From NCBI GenBank assembly GCA_044229145.1, contig JBGATO010000051.1, positions 1 through 28,215 of the forward strand: 28,215 nt of DNA, given 5' to 3'. Shown here piece after piece: positions 1-8,606 of the stretch. The translations under genes and the position numbers were made by a program. The notes below the pieces were generated by a model. The model worked only from the letters and a program-made list of their open reading frames with translations. It made no database searches and was not told where the DNA came from. This DNA is from Candidatus Eiseniibacteriota bacterium (GTDB lineage Bacteria > Eisenbacteria > RBG-16-71-46 > CAZEPH01). How positions within the stretch are numbered: position 1 is the stretch's first letter; the number at the start of each line of letters is the position of its first letter.

Positions 1-693
1 GTGCGCGAGCCGCGCGGCGATGGCCGCCGCCAACGTGCAGCCGGTGCCGTGCGTGTCCCGCGTCGCCACGCGCGGCGCCCGGAGTTCGACGAACGCATCG
101 TTCGCCGCGAGATAGAGCACGTCGATCGATTCGGCGTCCTGTTCGCCGCCGCGCATGTCGCCGCCCTTGACCAGCACGGCGCGCGCGCCGCCGGCGGCGA
201 TCAGCCGCGCCGCCTCGCGCATCGACGCGAGATCGACGACCTCGAGGCCGGCGAGCGCCGCGGCCTCGGCGCGGTTCGGCGTGACGACGGTGGCGTGCGG
301 CAGCAGCGCCTCGCGATACGCGGCCGTGGCCTCGAGGCCGGCGAGCGACGCGCCGTGCGTGCTCACCAGCACCGGATCGACGACCAGCGGAGCGTCGTAC
401 TGCCGCGCCGCCACCACGCGCACGATCTCGGCCGAGCCGAGCGCGCCGGTCTTGACCGCGCGCGGCGGAATGTCGGCCAGCACCGCGTCCAATTGGCGCG
501 CGACGAAAGCCGCATCCAGCACGCGCACATCGTCCACCGCGACCGTGTTCTGGACCGTCAGGAGCGAGACCACGGCCATGCCGTAACATGCGTGCTGGTG
601 GAAGGTTTTGAGATCGGCCTGCAAGCCGGCGCCGCCGGACGGATCGGAGCCGGCGATGGTCAGGACGGGCGGATGCGCGGGGGTCCGAGACAT
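1..693 (-). CDS. thiD: Hydroxymethylpyrimidine/phosphomethylpyrimidine kinase (partial, 3' end off the left edge)
   Basis: Manual translation from ATG at 693: MSRTPAHPPVLTIAGSDPSGGAGLQADLKTF...VSLLTVQNT...DTHGTGCTLAAAIAA. Contains the ThiD signatures TIAGSDxSGGAGxQADLKT and HGTGC. Not in the ORF track because no stop lies inside the window. Confidence 0.95.
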   Translation of the reverse strand, partial: MSRTPAHPPVLTIAGSDPSGGAGLQADLKTFHQHACYGMAVVSLLTVQNTVAVDDVRVLDAAFVARQLDAVLADIPPRAVKTGALGSAEIVRVVAARQYDAPLVVDPVLVSTHGASLAGLEATAAYREALLPHATVVTPNRAEAAALAGLEVVDLASMREAARLIAAGGARAVLVKGGDMRGGEQDAESIDVLYLAANDAFVELRAPRVATRDTHGTGCTLAAAIAARLAH

Positions 694-699
694 GCCGCC

Positions 700-705
700 A
701 GCGTA
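700..705 (-). promoter_or_regulatory. Candidate -10 element (TACGCT) for a leaderless thiD transcript
   Basis: The minus strand reads TACGCT-ggcggc-ATG: a TANNNT hexamer 6 nt before the start codon with no Shine-Dalgarno, the usual leaderless arrangement. Confidence 0.4.
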
Positions 706-768
706 GCGGCAGAGCCCGCTTCATGCCATACTGCGCGACAGTTCAGGCTCCATTCGTTGGGAGGTTTC

Positions 769-1353
769 ATGTCGACTACCGCCACTTCGTTGCGCGCCAC
801 GACGCTGGTCGCGCCGTCGTCGCGCCTCGCGCGCGTCCTCGCCATCCTGGGCGCCAGCCTGCTGACCGGCTTGGCGGCGCAGTGGGAAGTCCGCCTGCCG
901 TGGTCGCCGGTGCCGCTCACCGGACAGACGCTGGCCGTGGTCGCGGTCGGTGCCGCGCTGGGCAGCCGCGCGGGAGCCCTGGCGATGCTCGCCTACTTGG
1001 CGGAAGGCGCGATGGGCCTGCCGGTGTTCGCCGGCGGCGCCAGCGGCCCGGCGGTACTCGCCGGCCCGACCGCGGGATACCTGTTCGGCTTCGTCCCGGC
1101 GGCGTTCCTCGCCGGCTGGCTCGCCGAGCGCGGGTGGGACCGCTCGCTGTGGCGCGCCACCATCGCCCTCTTGATCGGTTCGCTGCCGATCTTCGCGCTT
1201 GGGCTCGCGTGGCTCGCGCGGTTCGTGCCGGCGCAGGCGCTGCTCGCGCAGGGCCTCACGCCGTTCATCGCCGGCGACATCATCAAGTCGTTCGTGGGCG
1301 CCGGCGTGCTGAGCGGCTTGTGGTCGCTCCACCGCGGCCGGAACCGCGCCTGA
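769..1353 (+). CDS. bioY: Biotin transporter BioY (ECF S-component), 194 aa
   Basis: GGAGG at 760-764, ATG at 769. Motifs LPWSPVPLTGQTLAV, YLAEGAMGLPVFAGG, GPTAGYLFGF and PFIAGDIIK are typical of BioY. The ORF-track extension to position 1 is the antisense of thiD. Confidence 0.93.
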   Translation: MSTTATSLRATTLVAPSSRLARVLAILGASLLTGLAAQWEVRLPWSPVPLTGQTLAVVAVGAALGSRAGALAMLAYLAEGAMGLPVFAGGASGPAVLAGPTAGYLFGFVPAAFLAGWLAERGWDRSLWRATIALLIGSLPIFALGLAWLARFVPAQALLAQGLTPFIAGDIIKSFVGAGVLSGLWSLHRGRNRA

Positions 1354-1356
1354 CGC

Positions 1357-1839
1357 GTGCACGGCACCATCCGCCCGCTGCGGCGCGAGGATCACGCCGG
1401 CCTCACCGCGCTGATTCAAGAGTTCGCCGCATGGGAACAACTCTACGTTCCGACCGCTGACGATACGGCGCGGCTTGTCGAGGATGCTCTCGGCGAGCCG
1501 CGCCGTCTCGACGTGTGGGTGGTCGAAGGCGACGGCGACGCGCTCGTCGGCTACGTCATCTTGTTCGAGAAATACTCGTCCTTCCGCGCCCGCCGCGTGT
1601 TGTACCTCGAGGACTTCTTCCTGCAACCGGCGGCGCGCGGCAGCGGACTCGGCGCCGCGGTGTTTCGCGCGGTGATCGCCGAGGCGGAGCGGCGCGGCTG
1701 CGTGCGGCTCGAGTGGGAAGTGTTGGATTGGAACGTCGGCGCGCAGCGCTTCTACTACCACATGGGCGCCGAGCGCGTGCGCGACGCGTTCGTCTTCACG
1801 TTGCACGAGTCGAAGTTTTCGCAGGCGCTCGAACAATGA
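1357..1839 (+). CDS. GNAT family N-acetyltransferase (diamine acetyltransferase/SSAT-like)
   Basis: YSSF...LYLEDFFLQPAARGSGLG (acetyl-CoA motif A) and RLEWEVLDWN..AQRFY..MGA. Confidence 0.9.
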   Translation: MHGTIRPLRREDHAGLTALIQEFAAWEQLYVPTADDTARLVEDALGEPRRLDVWVVEGDGDALVGYVILFEKYSSFRARRVLYLEDFFLQPAARGSGLGAAVFRAVIAEAERRGCVRLEWEVLDWNVGAQRFYYHMGAERVRDAFVFTLHESKFSQALEQ

Positions 1840-3554
1840 GAGCGCTGGCCGTCGCGGTGCTGCTCGGCGTGGCGACGGCCGCGAACGCGGCGCCGCTTTG
1901 GACTGCCGCCGTGCCGGACTCCGGGCGCTTCACGTTCCTCTTCGGCGGGCAGCCGGCGGGCGGCGAAACCTTCGCGGTGCGCCGTGCCGCGGACGGCGGC
2001 GTCACCGCCGAGGCAACGGGCGCGATCGCCATCGGCGGCGCGTTCACGCTGGCCGACACCACCACCTTCGCCTATGGTCCCGACCTCGCGCCGCGGCAGA
2101 CCTCGGTGCGGGCGACCGTCAACGGCACCCGCGCGCACTCGCGCGTCGAGTTCGCGTCGGGCCGCGCACTCGTGTGGGCGCAGGCGGACAGCGCGGGCGC
2201 CGCGCCCGACACCGTCACCTACCCGCCCGACGCCGTGCTGGTGCCGAACAACTGCTTCGTCGGCTTCCAGCTCGTGTACCTTGCGGCGTTGCAGCGCGGC
2301 GTGCGCGAGCACGACGTGACGATGCCGGTGTTCGGCAGCAGCACGGTGAGCCTGACGCGCGGCGTCGAAGAGCGGCACGGCGCGTTACGCGCGTGGCGGC
2401 ATCAACTCGATCTCGCGCACACGGTCGGCGGCACGCTGTGGGCCGACGCGAGCGGCCGCGTGCTCAAGGTCGCGCTGCCGTTGCAGAACGCGCAGCTGAC
2501 GCGCGACGGCGTCGACGGCGTCGCCGCGCTCGGCGACACCGCGCACGCGGCGCCGGAACCCGCCGTGCCCACCACCCGCGCCGACGGCCGCTGGTCCGAG
2601 GAAGTGCGCTTGGTAAGCGCCGGCACGCCGCTCGGCGGCACGCTGCTGATGCCCGAGCGGCATCCCGCGCATCCGCTGCCGGCGGTGCTGCTGCTCACCG
2701 GCTCCGGCGCGCAGGATCGCAATGAAGATTCGCCCGGCCCCGGCGGTATCCACTTCGGCATCTTCCGCACGCTGGCCGAACGGCTCGCGGCGCGTGGCGT
2801 GGCGACGCTGCGCCTCGACGATCGCGGCGTCGGCGCCAGCGGCGGCGACTTCAACACGTCGACCTTCAGCGACGAAGTCGCCGACGTGCGCACCGCGCTG
2901 CGCTTCCTGCGCGGCCGCACCGACATCGACGCGCGCCGCGTCGCGATCCTCGGCCACAGCGAGGGCGCGATGCTGGCGATGCTGCTCGCCAGCGAGGACA
3001 CCGCGCTGGCCGCCATCGCGCTCATGGCCGGCCCGATCCAGCGCTTCCGCGACGTGATCATGGCGCAGACGCTCGATGCCGCGCGCAAGCAGGGCGCGAC
3101 GCCGCAGCAACTCGCGGAAACCGCGCGCGCCGAAAGCGCCTTCATCGCGGTCCTCGAGCGCCGCGGCGAGTGGACCGCCGACGCCGTGCCGCCAGCCGCG
3201 CGGGCCTTCGCCACACGTCGCCGCTGGCTCGAGGAACTCGTCGCGCTCGATCTCGTCCCGCACGTCAAGGCAATCCAGTGCGCCGTCGGCATCTTCCAAG
3301 GCGGCCGCGACGATCAAGTCGCGCCGCGCGACGCGGTGACGATCGATTCGCTGCTCGCGGCGAGCGGCCGCGCGCCGCATCGGCTCTTCCGCTACCCGAC
3401 GCTCAACCATCTGTTCATTCCGTCGCGCGGCGGCGGCATCGCCGAGTATGCCGACACACGCGCTACGCTCGACCCGACCTTCGTGCGTGACATCACCGGC
3501 TGGCTGGCACGGACGCTCCACGCCGCCCCGCCGCATGCGAAACGGCGGCGGTAG
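1836..3554 (+). CDS. Secreted alpha/beta-fold serine hydrolase with N-terminal beta-rich domain, 572 aa
   Basis: ATGA overlap with the GNAT stop. Signal peptide MRALAVAVLLGVATAANA. Motifs PAVLLLTGSGAQDRNE, RLDDRGVGASGG, nucleophile GHSEG, QGGRDDQV (Asp) and LNHLF (His). Confidence 0.9.
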   Translation: MRALAVAVLLGVATAANAAPLWTAAVPDSGRFTFLFGGQPAGGETFAVRRAADGGVTAEATGAIAIGGAFTLADTTTFAYGPDLAPRQTSVRATVNGTRAHSRVEFASGRALVWAQADSAGAAPDTVTYPPDAVLVPNNCFVGFQLVYLAALQRGVREHDVTMPVFGSSTVSLTRGVEERHGALRAWRHQLDLAHTVGGTLWADASGRVLKVALPLQNAQLTRDGVDGVAALGDTAHAAPEPAVPTTRADGRWSEEVRLVSAGTPLGGTLLMPERHPAHPLPAVLLLTGSGAQDRNEDSPGPGGIHFGIFRTLAERLAARGVATLRLDDRGVGASGGDFNTSTFSDEVADVRTALRFLRGRTDIDARRVAILGHSEGAMLAMLLASEDTALAAIALMAGPIQRFRDVIMAQTLDAARKQGATPQQLAETARAESAFIAVLERRGEWTADAVPPAARAFATRRRWLEELVALDLVPHVKAIQCAVGIFQGGRDDQVAPRDAVTIDSLLAASGRAPHRLFRYPTLNHLFIPSRGGGIAEYADTRATLDPTFVRDITGWLARTLHAAPPHAKRRR

Positions 3555-3569
3555 GGGCCGCCGCCGTTT
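3540..3569. terminator. Hairpin between convergent genes, probable bidirectional terminator
   Basis: Perfect 12-bp inverted repeat AAACGGCGGCGG / CCGCCGCCGTTT with a 6-nt loop (TAGGGG) that contains the hydrolase stop codon. The U-tracts on both strands are short. Confidence 0.55.
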
Positions 3570-3625
3570 GCGTTCACCGTCGCCGCTTCTTCGCCCTGGC
3601 GTGAGAAGCGCGTGCGGCGGCTAGA

Positions 3626-4579
3626 TCATGTCCGCAAACTCAATACCGGACACTTGGCGTCGCGCACCACATGGTTGGTGGTCGACCCGAAGAACATCAT
3701 GTCGATCGCATTGCGGCCATGCACGCCCATGACGATGAGGTGCGTGTCGTCCTCCTCAGCGAGCCGCAACACTTCGCGGTACGGCACGCCGGCGACCACG
3801 CGCTCCTGCACCTCGCACCAGGCGCGCGCCTCCTTCGGAATCGCCGCGCTCAGACGCTCGCGCGCATCATCGGTGAGATAGCGCATGTACGAAGCGGCGT
3901 CGAACGTCACGTCTCCCGCCGACACCGGGCCGAACACGTTCTCGAGTACGTAGAGCACGGTGAGGTGCGCATTGGCTTCCTGCGCCAATGACAGCGCATA
4001 GTCGAGGGCGCGCATCGACGCCGGCGAAAAATCGACCGGGCAGAGCAAGCGTTCGAACAGCACCGGTGCGTCCGGTGCGTGGCCCGTGACGGGACGCGGC
4101 ACGGTGAGCACCGGACACGGCGCGCGGCGCAGGACGCGCTCGGTCACCGAGCCGAGCAGCCAGCGCTCGAATCCGCGCAGGCCGTGCGTGCCCATGACGA
4201 TGAGGTCGGCCGGCATGCGCGTCGCGGCGGCCAAGATGTGGTCCGCCGTGTTGCCTTCCTCGACCAGTGCGTGCACGGTCAGGCCGGCGTCCTCGATCGG
4301 CTCGACGAAGTGCTGCAAGGTGCTCCGCGCGCGTTCCTCGCCGACGCCGGTCACGATCACCGACGGCGCGAACTCCGGCAGGGCGGCGGCCGGCGGAATG
4401 CCGGGCAGAACGGTCAGCGCGGTGATCTCGCCTTCGTACCAGCGGGCGATCGCGATCGCGTATTCGCGGGCCCGTTGGGAGAACTCCGAGGCGTCGGTCG
4501 GGCACAGGATGCGGGAGAACTGCACGCGGGGGAGCGCCGGGGAGCCGGCGCCGGTACTGCGGCTGACTGTCGTCTGCAT
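3626..4579 (-). CDS. Universal stress protein with two USP domains
   Basis: RILCPTDASEFS...ADLIVMGTHG...LLGSVTERVLRRAPCPVLTV, then RLLCPVDFS...LIVMGVHGR...FGSTTNHVVRDAKCPVL. AGGAGG SD upstream of the ATG. Confidence 0.95.
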   Translation of the reverse strand: MQTTVSRSTGAGSPALPRVQFSRILCPTDASEFSQRAREYAIAIARWYEGEITALTVLPGIPPAAALPEFAPSVIVTGVGEERARSTLQHFVEPIEDAGLTVHALVEEGNTADHILAAATRMPADLIVMGTHGLRGFERWLLGSVTERVLRRAPCPVLTVPRPVTGHAPDAPVLFERLLCPVDFSPASMRALDYALSLAQEANAHLTVLYVLENVFGPVSAGDVTFDAASYMRYLTDDARERLSAAIPKEARAWCEVQERVVAGVPYREVLRLAEEDDTHLIVMGVHGRNAIDMMFFGSTTNHVVRDAKCPVLSLRT

Positions 4580-4793
4580 GGCGTGTCCCTCCTCGCGGCG
4601 CCGCCGGACGCGGCCCGGGACGGCGTCCGCGTATACCCATTAGACGCGCTCGGCCGTGAGCCCGGCACCTGGGACCGTGGTAGCCGCGTCGCTGCGCCTC
4701 CGGCGCCGGTCGCGCTTGGGATTCGCCCCGGCCGCTGGTACACTGGCAGGAACCTCGAACCCGCTCCCCGTGCTGCTCAGCTGGAGGTCCCCG

Positions 4794-6485
4794 ATGCTCC
4801 GACGCCTGTTCGGGATGGGCGCCGCGCTCGCCGTCGCGGCGCTGCCCCACCTGGCCCACGCACAGTGCGCGCCCTTGCCGCTGTCGCAGAATCGCTGCCC
4901 GACGCCCGCGTATCTCAGCTCGCAGTGGATCAGCGTGTACCCCAACGAGGGCAAGGTGTATCACGTCCTCGAGGGCACCTGTATCAGCGCCTTCCTCACC
5001 CTCACCGACGACTGTCTGTCGCACGACTTCTACGACTACAACCAAGAGACGCTGGTCGACCCGAACTACCGCTGCTTGATCGCCGACGGCAGCGATCAAC
5101 TGCATTGCGAGCGCGAGGCGATCTCGCTGCCGCAATGGGTGTGGCCGACCGGCGGTAATCCCGCCGATCGCACCGACGGCGATCACGTGTGGATGGCGGG
5201 CCCGTTCATCTACGACTGCGGCCACTGCGATGGCGGCTCGGATCTCACCGGCTGCTACACCGAAATCCACCCGATCCTCGCCCTGGCCTCGATTCGCAAT
5301 CGGCCCGACACGCTGGCCGCGAGCGGTACCAGCGGCGCGATCGCCGCGACGCGCGCCGACATCTGGATCAGCGGCGACGCCGGGTGCGCCAACGCGATCC
5401 AGTGCGGCGACGACAACGCCAACTGCGGCAGTCCGTGGCCCACCGCCAACCTGTGCGGCGTCACCATCAATCCGTTCCCGGTGAACAAGAACTGGCACAT
5501 CACGATGGCGCTGCCGCCGCGCCCGAGTCCGACCGCGCTGCCGGTGTGGCGTTTCGAGGCGCGGCCCGGCGATGGGCTGCCGTCGATCGTCCCGTCGGTG
5601 ACCTTGATCCCGGCGCTGCTCAGCGGCGGACCGCGCGACTCGCTCGCGATCGACATCGACATGACCAGCGCCGCACTCGGGCAGAACTTCGGCCGCGGCA
5701 TCGTCGCCGGGTGGAAGCCGGGCTGGTCGGTGACGCCGATCCATCACTTCCAGGTCGCGCTCGACTCGCTGCTGATCTACGACGATCTCGATGCCTTCCC
5801 CGCGGGGGTCGGCGAGTGGTACTTCAGCGTCGACGTCAACGGCGTGTGGCAGCAGTTGCTCGGCAACATCCGCCAGACGCAGTGGACCGACTGCGACAAC
5901 GGCCAGGTCTTCGCGTGGACGAACAAGGTCGTCGACCTCTACGTGCCGGACGACGGACAGATCACGCTCAACTCGACCGGCTTCGACGACGACTCGGTCC
6001 TCGGCTGCACCATCCTCAACGGCGATCCCGGCCAGGTGCAGGGCGTGTGGAACAAGGCGAACGGCTGGGGCCTCGGCTACCACGCCACGCGCAACGTTGG
6101 CGGCGACAACAACGGCGGCGCCTGCGAGCTGCGCTACAAGATCAGCGAGATCGGCTTGGCCACTGCGGTGCGCCCGGACGAATTCGCGCCGGGGCCCTGG
6201 GCGGTGCGCGCCGCCGGTCCGCTCACCGCGGGGCGTGCCGCGGTGGCGCTGACGCTGATCGGCGCTGCGGCGGAGATGCAGCGCGCGGTCACGGTGCGTA
6301 TCGTCGACGCCGGCGGCAAGGTGGTGCGCACGCTGGTCGACGGCGCGCCCGCGAGCGCCCACACGGCGTTGCTCTGGGATGGCCGCGATACGATCGCGCG
6401 CCCGGTGGCGAGCGGCGTCTATCTCGCGGTCGTGCAAGTCGACGGCCGCGACGTCGCCTCGACGCGCGTGTTGGTGATGCAGTAG
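4794..6485 (+). CDS. Secreted Cys-rich hypothetical protein with C-terminal FlgD Ig-like (T9SS-CTD-like) domain, 563 aa
   Basis: GGAGG at 4783-4787, ATG at 4794. Signal peptide ending AHA-Q. C-terminus VRIVDAGGKVVRTL...WDGRD...PVASGVYL...TRVLVMQ. Confidence 0.85.
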   Translation: MLRRLFGMGAALAVAALPHLAHAQCAPLPLSQNRCPTPAYLSSQWISVYPNEGKVYHVLEGTCISAFLTLTDDCLSHDFYDYNQETLVDPNYRCLIADGSDQLHCEREAISLPQWVWPTGGNPADRTDGDHVWMAGPFIYDCGHCDGGSDLTGCYTEIHPILALASIRNRPDTLAASGTSGAIAATRADIWISGDAGCANAIQCGDDNANCGSPWPTANLCGVTINPFPVNKNWHITMALPPRPSPTALPVWRFEARPGDGLPSIVPSVTLIPALLSGGPRDSLAIDIDMTSAALGQNFGRGIVAGWKPGWSVTPIHHFQVALDSLLIYDDLDAFPAGVGEWYFSVDVNGVWQQLLGNIRQTQWTDCDNGQVFAWTNKVVDLYVPDDGQITLNSTGFDDDSVLGCTILNGDPGQVQGVWNKANGWGLGYHATRNVGGDNNGGACELRYKISEIGLATAVRPDEFAPGPWAVRAAGPLTAGRAAVALTLIGAAAEMQRAVTVRIVDAGGKVVRTLVDGAPASAHTALLWDGRDTIARPVASGVYLAVVQVDGRDVASTRVLVMQ

Positions 6486-6536
6486 GCTGAGCGGGCGGCG
6501 CCGCGTGCGTCGCCCGTTCCGTGTCGATGCGTCGGC

Positions 6537-8606
6537 GTGCGTGCGCCGGCTTCCCCGCAGGATGCGATCGCCGTGCCCGCTGATCCGATCCCGCCCATCG
6601 TGCCGATCCCCGCCGCCGCGGCGCCGGATGCCGTTGCCCGCTTGTTGCTCGACAGCGATGCCATGCCGTGGATGGAGATGGTGCAGGGTTTCTCCGCCGC
6701 GGGCCTGTGGCGAAACGACCTCACCACCTACCGCTGTCTGTGGTCGCCGCAGATGTTCGAGTTGTACGGATTGCCGCCGACGCTCGAGGCGCCGGATCTC
6801 GAGACGTGGGTGCAGGTCGTCGTGCCGGAAGACCGCGAACGCGTGCGCGCCTTGTGCCAGCCGGACGACGGGATCGGGCACGGCTTCGACATCGAATATC
6901 GCATTCGCCACGCGCGCCTCGGTGAGCGCTGGATGCACGCGATCGGCCGGGTGGCCGCACGGGATGCCGAGGGCCATCCGCTGGTCATCAACGGCATGAC
7001 GATGGACGTCACGGTGCGGCACGAAGCGCAGCGTGCGTTGGCACGCTCGGAGCAGCGCTACCGCTGGTTGCTCGACAACGCCACCGACGTCATGTGGCGC
7101 TTCGATCTCGACCGGCCGATCGACACGCGATTGCCGGCCGACGAGCAGATTCGGCTGATTTACGAACGCGCATTCCTCGCCGAATGCAATCCGGCGATGT
7201 CGCAGATGTACGGATTTCCCAGCACGCGCGAGATGCTCGGGGCGCGGCTGCCGGATCTCATGCCGCCCAGCGAGTCCGCCAATGTCGCCTACCTCACGGC
7301 CTTCATCGAGGGCGGCTATCGCATCCGCGACGCCGAGAGCGTCGAACGCACCGCCGACGGTCGCGTCATCCACGTGTCCAACAATCTCGTCGGCATGGTG
7401 GAGGACGGTCTGCTGGTGTGCGGGTGGGGCACCAGCCGCGACATCACCCGCGAGCGCGAGTGGGAACAGCAAATGCGCGAAGCCGACGCGCGCAAGGACG
7501 AATTCCTCGCCGTGCTGGCACACGAACTCCGCAATCCGCTCGCGCCGGTGCGCACCGCGCTCGACTTGTGGCGCGTGATGGCGCCGTCGGATCCGCGCTT
7601 GCTGTGGGCGCGGGATGTCGCGACGCGACAGATCGAGCACATGACGCGCCTGGTGGACGACCTGCTCGACATTTCGCGCATTCGTCACGGCATGGTGCGG
7701 CTGCAACTCGATGCGCTCGACCTCCGCGACGTGCTCGATGAAGTCGTCGAGACGTTCCGGCCGATGGTGCGGCAACGCGCGCAGACGCTGGAGGCGGCGG
7801 TGGCGCCCGGACCATTCCCGGTGCACGCCGACCGCACGCGCCTGGTGCAGGCGATCGGCAACTTGGTGGACAACGCGTCGAAATTCAGTCCCGATGGCGT
7901 CGCGCTGCAGATCATCGCGGAGCGCGACGGCGCGGAGGCCAAGCTCCGCGTGCGCGATCCGGGGCGCGGCATCGCGGCGGGCGATTTACCGCACGTCTTC
8001 GACATCTTCGTCCAGTCTGCCTCTTCGACCGGCGGCGAGCGGCGCGGGCTCGGGATCGGGCTCACGTTGGTGCGGGCGCTGGTCGAGTTGCACGGCGGCC
8101 GTGTGAGCGTCGCCAGTGAGGGCGAAGGACGCGGCACCGATGTCGACGTGTGGCTGCCGCTCGCCACCGTGGCGCTCGCGACGCCGTCCGCCGCAGTGCC
8201 GGCCCCTGCGCCGCCTTCGCCGCCGAGCGGGACGCGCGTCCTGATCGTCGACGACAACATCGACGCCGCGCAAAGTCTCGCGATGCTGCTCGGGTTGCGC
8301 GGATACGACGTGCAGACCGCGTTCTCAGGCCGTGAAGCGGTACTGGCCGCGGGGGCGACACGGCCGCACGCCGTGCTTCTCGACATCGGCTTGCCGGATA
8401 CCGACGGGTACGATGTCGCGCGGCAGTTGCGCGCGACGCCGTGGGGGCGCGATGTGGCGCTGGTCGCGCTTACCGGCTTCGGGCAGGACGACGATCGTGC
8501 CAAGGCCGCGGAAGCGGGATTCGACCGTCACCTGACGAAACCAGTGGCGCCGCAGACGCTCGAGACATGTTTGGCGGAGGTCGTGGCGGCGCGCGCCGGC
8601 GCCTAG
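6537..8606 (+). CDS. PAS-PAS hybrid sensor histidine kinase with receiver domain (start uncertain)
   Basis: Two PAS/PAC regions; H-box KDEFLAVLAHELRNPLAP; N-box NLVDNASKF; G1 DPGRGI; G2 GLGIGL; receiver RVLIVDDN...VLLDIGLPDTDGY...HLTKP. No obvious transmembrane segment. Confidence 0.93.
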   Translation: MRAPASPQDAIAVPADPIPPIVPIPAAAAPDAVARLLLDSDAMPWMEMVQGFSAAGLWRNDLTTYRCLWSPQMFELYGLPPTLEAPDLETWVQVVVPEDRERVRALCQPDDGIGHGFDIEYRIRHARLGERWMHAIGRVAARDAEGHPLVINGMTMDVTVRHEAQRALARSEQRYRWLLDNATDVMWRFDLDRPIDTRLPADEQIRLIYERAFLAECNPAMSQMYGFPSTREMLGARLPDLMPPSESANVAYLTAFIEGGYRIRDAESVERTADGRVIHVSNNLVGMVEDGLLVCGWGTSRDITREREWEQQMREADARKDEFLAVLAHELRNPLAPVRTALDLWRVMAPSDPRLLWARDVATRQIEHMTRLVDDLLDISRIRHGMVRLQLDALDLRDVLDEVVETFRPMVRQRAQTLEAAVAPGPFPVHADRTRLVQAIGNLVDNASKFSPDGVALQIIAERDGAEAKLRVRDPGRGIAAGDLPHVFDIFVQSASSTGGERRGLGIGLTLVRALVELHGGRVSVASEGEGRGTDVDVWLPLATVALATPSAAVPAPAPPSPPSGTRVLIVDDNIDAAQSLAMLLGLRGYDVQTAFSGREAVLAAGATRPHAVLLDIGLPDTDGYDVARQLRATPWGRDVALVALTGFGQDDDRAKAAEAGFDRHLTKPVAPQTLETCLAEVVAARAGA

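Noticed and set aside
694..768. TPP riboswitch or biotin operator between thiD and bioY
   Set aside because: Only 75 nt, with no TPP aptamer core and no clear BirA-type palindrome.
1351..1359. The bioY TGA is followed by CGC-GTG in the same frame as the GNAT gene, a possible Sec/readthrough fusion given selB
   Set aside because: Both proteins are complete, the UGA is not at a Cys-equivalent position, and I see no SECIS-like hairpin after it. In-frame adjacency happens one time in three.
3867..7826. Long alternative ORFs (3867-7826 minus, 12345-15422 plus, 15564-17810 plus, 20403-22160 plus, 27384-28166 minus, and others)
   Set aside because: Arg/Ala/Gly-rich, motif-free antisense or shifted-frame shadows of well-supported genes, expected in high-GC DNA.
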